Below, piece after piece: positions 28,690-34,770 of a stretch of DNA of 34,770 bases. The stretch is taken from assembly GCA_041750055.1 (NCBI GenBank), contig JBGTAD010000014.1, forward strand, positions 1 to 34,770, read 5' to 3'. Within the stretch, counting starts at the first letter, position 1; every line of letters begins with the position of its first letter. A model generated the notes under the pieces. That model made no database searches, was not told the origin of the DNA, and worked only from the letters and a program-made list of their open reading frames with translations. The translations under genes and the position numbers were made by a program. Source of the stretch: Candidatus Absconditabacterales bacterium (lineage in GTDB: Bacteria; Patescibacteriota; Gracilibacteria; Absconditabacterales; Absconditicoccaceae).

Positions 28690-30969
28690 ATGACCAAACA
28701 AACCTATGCTATACAATGAATGAGTTGTGCGAGTTGTGCAAACCATATCGAGAAATCACTCAAAAAGACTGAAGGTATAGAATCTTGTGAGGTCAACTAT
28801 GCTACAGAACAAGCTACTGTGACGTTTGATGACACCAAAACAAACATCAACAACATGAATCAGGTCATTGAACCGATGGGTTATAAGCTGAAAGATCATA
28901 ATGCTATGATTCAACACACAATGCCGGATGGCACCATGATGAGTGCTGATGAGCATGCAGCGCACCTTGGAATGAATCAGACAAAAGTTGAAAAACTCGA
29001 AGAAATTTCTACGATGAAAAAAAATGTGAATATACTCATTCCATTCATAGTCTTAAGTTTTGTGTATATGATTGCAGATATTGGCTGAAAATCATTTTGA
29101 GTTTTCCCTGTGATGCCTGAGCGACTTTACGAACTCTGGCATCATCTTTTCCCTATCATGGCAACCTATGTATTGTTTGTGATTGGCAAGCAGTACATTA
29201 TCGCACTACGAAGATTTATAAAAACAGGAATAGCTGGTATGGATACCCTTATTGGACTTGGGACATTGACAGCATTCTTGTATAGCTTTAGTGTCGGTGC
29301 ATTTGAAGGGATATTAGCTCCTTATCTTGATGTCAGTATTCACTATTACGATGTCGTGATTGTGGTGATTGGATTTATTTATTATGGCAAATATCTAGAA
29401 ACGATATCCAAACTCAAAACCTGAGAAGCAATTGAGAAACTCATGGATTTACAAGCAAAAACCGCTCTCATCGAAAAGGATGGTGTAGAAATAGAAGTCT
29501 CGCTGGATCAAGTGATGCAAGGAGATATTGTCATCATCAAACCATGAACCAAAATTTCTGTAGATTGAATGATCACACAAGGAGAAAGTAGCGTGGATGA
29601 GTCAATGATTACCTGAGAATCCATGCCAAGCGAAAAAAAAATCTGAGACAAGGTCGTAGGATGAACGATGAATCAACAAGGTTTTCTCAAGGTCAAAGCG
29701 ACATCGCTTGGTGCAGACAGTGTCTTGTCACATATCATCACGATGGTACAGCAAGCCCAAGGATCAAAAGCTCCTATCCAAAAACTTGCAGATCAGATTT
29801 CAGCTGTTTTTGTGCCTATTGTTCTTGTTATCGCTTTTGTGAGTTTGATCGTATGGATTATAGTAGGGAATATGGTATTTGGAATCGTAGCGTTTGTAAG
29901 CGTTCTTGTCATTGCTTGTCCTTGCGCTCTTTGATTAGCGACCCCCACAGCTATTATTGTCTGAGTAGGAAAATGAGCAGAACACGGCATTCTCATCAAA
30001 AATGCAGAAAGTCTTCAAAAGGTCCTGAAAGTTACAACAGTGGTCTTCGATAAAACAGGAACCATAACTAAAGGAAAACCTGAACTCGTAGATTATAGCG
30101 GAGAAAACAAAACGAATGACCTTGCTATATTGGCAAGTCTAGAATCGAAATCTGAACACCCTATAGCTCTTGCTATTGTGAATGCAGCAAACAGTGCATG
30201 AATACCTATGCAAACTGTTAGTTGATTCGAAACCATCCCAGGAAAATGATTGACTGGAATCATCGAAGGTAAACAATGGTATGCAGGAAATGCAGCATTG
30301 ATCAAAGATCTATGACTGGAAAACAATGCTCTAACAGAATCTAGTATTTCTTCTCAAGGGAAGACTCCTATCTTTTTGATGGATGAGAAAAAGGTCCATG
30401 CAGTATTTGGCATTGCTGATACGATCAAAGATAATGCCAAACAAGCATTGGAAGAACTACACAAACTAGGAATAAAATCCGTCATGTTGACTTGAGATCA
30501 CAAAGATACAGCTCATTATATCGCTTCACTCGTATGAATCGATACAGTATATGCCGAAGTCTTGCCTGATCAAAAAGAAAAAATCATCAAAGAACTGCAA
30601 GCAACATGAGAAATTGTAGCTATGTGTGGTGATGGTGTAAATGATGCACCAGCATTGGCTCGCTCAGATATTGGAATCGCCATGAGCACAGGAGCGGATG
30701 TCGCTATTGAGACAGCAGATATTACCTTGCTTGCTGGTGATATTTCCAAAGTCGTACAATCTATTAAACTTTCCAAAGACACTATGAGTGCTATCAAACA
30801 AAATCTATTCTTCGCGTTCTTTTATAATGTCGTAGGAATCCCTATTGCTACAGGTATGTTTTATACTCGATGAATCGTTCTTAATCCGCTTTTTGCTGGG
30901 TTAGCAATGGCTTTGAGTAGCGTGAGTGTTGTAGGGAATAGCTTGAGATTAAAAAACACCAAGCTCTAA
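28690..30969 (+). CDS. copA: Copper-translocating P1B-type ATPase
   Basis: At least 7 track fragments are in frame 1. Motifs: HMA G-MSCASCA, A-L-[CGA=W]-R.......MDTL, TGES, CPCAL-G(TGA)-[22 protein letters not shown]. 759 aa. Stop TAA 30967-30969. Confidence 0.95.
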
Positions 30970-31197
30970 AGATATAGGTTTTGTCAGGTTTTTGTTTATC
31001 TAATTATGCGATTTGAGTTGTAATTTAGTACTTTTATTGTTATTGTTCACAACGGATAAGATAATCTTATATTTGGAATGAGTACAATTTGGTTTTGTAT
31101 AGAAATCCTTTTTGACATCTGGTTGAATACAAATAGTAACGATCCATCATATCATACTAGAGAAAAACTGAGAAAATCATTAAATCTTAAATCTTAA

Positions 31198-31620
31198 ATG
31201 ATAGCTTCTATTCGTCTCTTTTTTGTTTGTGTTTCTTGTTTGGTGTATTTGTCGGGTACGTCTGTTTTTTCTCATATGCTCATTATGCAAGACCATCATG
31301 CAGTTGAGATCTCAGAACATTCTCATGAAAATTGAAACTCGCATGATCATATTGAAAATGTAACTTGTTCATCAGTTGATTGTTATGTTGACTGTACGAG
31401 TATCGAAAGAATAAAAGTAACAAATCTTTCGTCATGACCAAAAATACATTTTCTGGAAATTATAAGTCATATTTTTACTACATGATGTTTTGATTGAGAT
31501 TTACGAAAGACATTACAACTAAAAACATATAGCAAACTCAGTATTTCTGATCATTTCTCATATAGATCAAAATTTCTTGAATTTGCCGATCTTGTAGGAA
31601 TCATTCTTATTACAAGCTAA
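31198..31620 (+). CDS. Small secreted His/Cys-rich protein (possible metal-binding or chaperone role)
   Basis: Reads MIASIRLFFVCVSCLVYLSGTSVFS (signal), then ..HMLIMQDHHAVEISEHSHENGNSHDHIENVTCSSVDCYVDC... 140 aa, four TGA. Located between copA and the MFP/RND pair. Confidence 0.5.
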
Positions 31621-31693
31621 AAAGTATTACAAGCTCAATAGTACTAAATATACTATATTTTTTGTGTTATTTTTTAATTTTTTTTTGTATGCT

Positions 31694-33727
31694 ATGAATA
31701 TTCTTAACTCTATTGATTCTCTTTTTAATAAGTTAGATTTGTATCTTGATAATACACTACCTCAGATTAAAGATATTCGTTTTTGATCTCTTATCGTGCC
31801 TCGTAAATTACAACTCTATAGTGTATTTTTATGATGATTCCTCACAGCAACTATATTTTTAGTGCAAGTAGGTGTTACTTTTGCTGGTCCGTGACATGGT
31901 GGTGACGAAGCAGCAGAACACTTATGAGATGTTTCGGGTGCTATGGTTTCCTGACCGCAATTTATATCTCCTATCCAAATTGATAGCTCTTCAATCGGAA
32001 TTCAATCCTATCCATGAATTATTATCTCTGATGAATATGGAAGTATTTATTCTTCACGTGAGTGAATTGTGTCTCAATTATTTGTTACTTTATGAGATAC
32101 CGTTAAGAAATGACAAAAAGTAGCTACAATATCAATTGCTTCAAATACTCCAGAAATCATCTCAATGATAGCAGAAAAAAAAGCATCTATTGCTATCGCT
32201 GAATGACAAGTAAATGGTGCTCGTAGAGTTTCTGATTATTTGCAATGACAGTTGGGATGAAGTGGTGTTATCATTGGTGCCTACGATCAAAAAAGGACAG
32301 CGCTTGATATTTCATTTGATGTGAAGCAACAACAATTACAAGTAAAGATTGATAATCTTACAGCACAAATTAACTCAAAAAAACAACTTGTAGACGCTAA
32401 TAAAATAGTAAGTCAATCAACAATTGGACTGAATAAAGAGAGACAGTCATCAATTGAATCTTTATTGCAATCATCGATTCAAAGCGCTATAAATTCATTA
32501 GCAAGAGTATTTGGGGAATGAGAAACGAATCCATTCTTATTTGATCGTGAATTTAGTCAGAATATTTATCTTTGAGGAAGAAGTGCCTCGAGTAGAAATG
32601 CCTTTCAAACAAGTATGCAAAAGGTTTTTAGTGACTTTACTAAACGAGACTCGCTAGATATTAACTGAAAACTTGCATTAGGTAACCTTGTTCAACAGAC
32701 TTTGAAAGAATGAGTGTCGCTTTTGTCGTATACAATTATTAACTCAGAGTATAGTGCTGAAAAAATTAGTGAAGATACTGAAATTCTAATCAATGCCCAG
32801 AATAATGAAAAATATTGAATAACTATTATTTTATCAAAATATAAGGAACTTCAGCAAGAGTTATTATGATCAAACGCCGTTGCTTCATGAAATATTATTC
32901 AAGCTAATGTTGAATTGGCTTGATTAGAACAAGAAATAGCTTTATTGAATAAAGAAATACAGTTGCTGAAAAACGAAAAGAAAAAAGAACTTGCAGACTT
33001 ACAGTGAGATCAATCTATTCAATGATTAGATATTCAACAACTTGTCATACAATCGCAATCAGATATCTTTAAAGCTGAAGCTGAACTAAATGCAAACCAA
33101 AAGGCACTTTCTGCTATAATAAGTACAACAAAATCAATAAACGTTGTGGCTCCTTTTGCTGGAACTATTGCACGTAAAAATGTAAGTATTGGACAAAATG
33201 TAGAACTTACTACTCCATTATTTGATATCGCATGAAATAGCACTAACAGCAAACCTTTTGTGAGGTTTGAAGTGCCTGTATCTGACTTTGAAAAAGTACG
33301 TATATGACAGTCATTACAAATGTCACTTGCATGATCTGAGGATTATTCTTTATGAGAGATAATGAGAATTGCTCAATCAGTAAACAAAGAAAATCAGACA
33401 ATTACTATTGAAGGTGATTTCACTCAAGAAGCTCCCTATCCACTTTGAACGACTTTAAGAGTTTCAGCACAATCTTTATCCTGAACTATAGCATTAGAAA
33501 TTCCTACATCTGCTATCTGACAAGATGAAGACTGAAAAATGTGGGTCTATAAAGTATTGCCTAATCAAACTCTTAAAAAACGGAATCTTGATATTAGTTA
33601 TACTAACCAAAGCAAATCATATATTAATAATGGACTAAAGACTACTGACGTTATTGTAAGTGATATTATTGGATGAAGTTGGATTGATGGTATGGATGTA
33701 TCATCATTATTAAAAATAAACGAATAA
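31694..33727 (+). CDS. Efflux RND periplasmic adaptor (HlyD/MFP family) with an unusually long coiled-coil insert
   Basis: Frame 2 was verified codon by codon. TM near residue 40. Lipoyl-like ..EGIVSQLFVTLGDTVKKGQKVATI... A long Gln/Leu/Glu heptad region (32300-33100). ..VVAPFAGTIARKNVSIGQNV..TPLFDI.. beta-barrel motif. 677 aa. Stop TAA 33725-33727. Confidence 0.7.
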
Positions 33728-33750
33728 TTTTATTTCCTAACCCGTCATCG

Positions 33751-34770
33751 ATGTTTAATCGAATTGTCCAACAATCACTCAAACATAGAGTAGTGCTTAT
33801 TATGACATATGTTATTGTTTCACTTGCTGGTGTGTGGTCAGTTTTGAATTTGCCAGTAGATGTCCTGCCGGATCTCAATAGACCTCGTGTGACCGTTTTT
33901 GCGGAAGCTGAGTGATTAGGTGCTCAAGAAGTAGAAAAACTTGTATCGATGCCACTAGAAAGAATATTTGCAAATATTCCTGGTGTTGTAGCTGTACGTA
34001 GTAGCTCAGCTTTAGAATTGTCTGTTATCAATATTGAGTTTGATTGGTGAACAGATATTAATCTTGCTCGTCAGCGAGCAAATGAAAGACTCATTGCTAC
34101 ACAATTGCCAGAATGAGTTCACAGCACTATGGCTCCTCAAACTGCTTTGTTATGAGAAGTATTATGGGTTTGATTGACAGCAACGGGAGATGTTTCACAA
34201 GCAGAATTAAGATGAATCGCTGAAAGTACCATAAGACAATCACTTATTAGTCTGCCATGAGTAGCAAATTTGTTGATTATGTGATGAACGCCGAAACAGT
34301 ATAATATTCTTTTGGATCCACAGCAAATGGTTAATCGTTGAATAGAACTTGATGCTGTTGAATCGGCATTAGCATCGATTACAACCCCAGCATGATGATG
34401 AGTTGTATTGCAACCTAATATTGAATATCCCGTTTCTTTGCAGGCATTTGATGGTAATATAAAGACTCTCTGATTAATTGTTATTTGACATGGAAAAAAT
34501 TGAGGAAAAGTTCTTTTAAATGATATTGCAAAAATTACTGAATGAAGCAATATGCAGAGAAGAGGTGATGCAATCATTGATGGTAAAGCTTGAGTCATTA
34601 TTCGTATTTCTAAAGTCGCAAATGCAAATACACTAGAACTAACTAAACAGATACAAACAACAATAAATGAATTAGAATTACCCACATGAGTCACAATTCA
34701 TAACTCTTTATTTAAGCAAGCGGACTTTATTAATAAAGGACTATGAAATGTAAAAAGTGCTTTTTTGGAA
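33751..34770 (+). CDS. Heavy-metal efflux RND transporter (CusA/CzcA-like), N-terminal 340 aa; 3' end lies outside the window
   Basis: Reads MFNRIVQQSLKHRVVLIMTYVIVSLAGVWSVLNLPVDVLPDLNRPRVTVFAEAEG..PLE.....PGV..VRS.S..G.S.I...F....D...ARQ...ERL... This is a canonical ACR_tran N-terminus. About 28 TGA. The 185-aa antisense track ORF 34137-34694 is spurious. Confidence 0.85.

Noticed and set aside
34137-34694. 185-aa minus-strand track ORF
   Set aside because: It is antisense to the RND transporter. It is a shadow ORF made possible because the true frame is hidden by TGA codons.
1-34770. Interpretation of the fragmented ORF track as massive pseudogenisation or assembly frameshifts
   Set aside because: All interruptions are in-frame TGA codons with no frame changes. 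They coincide with conserved Gly residues, and every recoded gene ends at a TAA or TAG with length and motifs colinear with homologues.

Overview
Low-GC bacterial chromosomal segment that is only interpretable with a non-standard genetic code. Every break in the supplied standard-code ORF track is a TGA. Reading TGA as Gly (NCBI table 25, SR1/Absconditabacteria and Gracilibacteria type) fuses the fragments into about 34 tightly packed genes that end only in TAA or TAG. In addition, CGA (and one CGG) sits on invariant Trp positions of several conserved proteins. From memory, this Arg-to-Trp reassignment has been reported for a clade of Absconditabacteria, so the window most likely comes from that lineage (Patescibacteria/CPR).

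Gene content after recoding:
- Housekeeping: cysS, murD, murI, ruvX, clpP, greA, an HPF-like gene, rlmE, alr, an ftsB-like gene, a sanA-like gene, a PIG-L deacetylase and an ATL protein.
- Type IV pilus parts: a PilB ATPase and a 412-aa pseudopilin.
- Large secreted or surface proteins: a beta-helix protein and a DUF11/LamG/SLH protein.
- A copper homeostasis block at the 3' end: csoR, an HMA-membrane fusion, copA, a His-rich protein, an MFP and an HME-RND pump (truncated by the window).

No rRNA, canonical tRNA or CRISPR array was seen.

Most notable non-routine observations:
1. The double recoding (UGA=Gly, CGA/CGG=Trp).
2. A 730-bp insertion carrying an orphan HslV/proteasome-like Ntn hydrolase, bracketed by a duplicated cysS 3' end.
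3. Two inverted copies of a 127-bp MITE-like element bracketing alr and ftsB.
4. An intergenic 8-mer, TCAGATTT, that lies 25-40 nt upstream of many start codons and also builds AT-only hairpins.
5. Two unusually long structured non-coding regions (5077-5423 and 19743-20233).

I did not recognise a self-contained novel multi-gene system such as a defence island.
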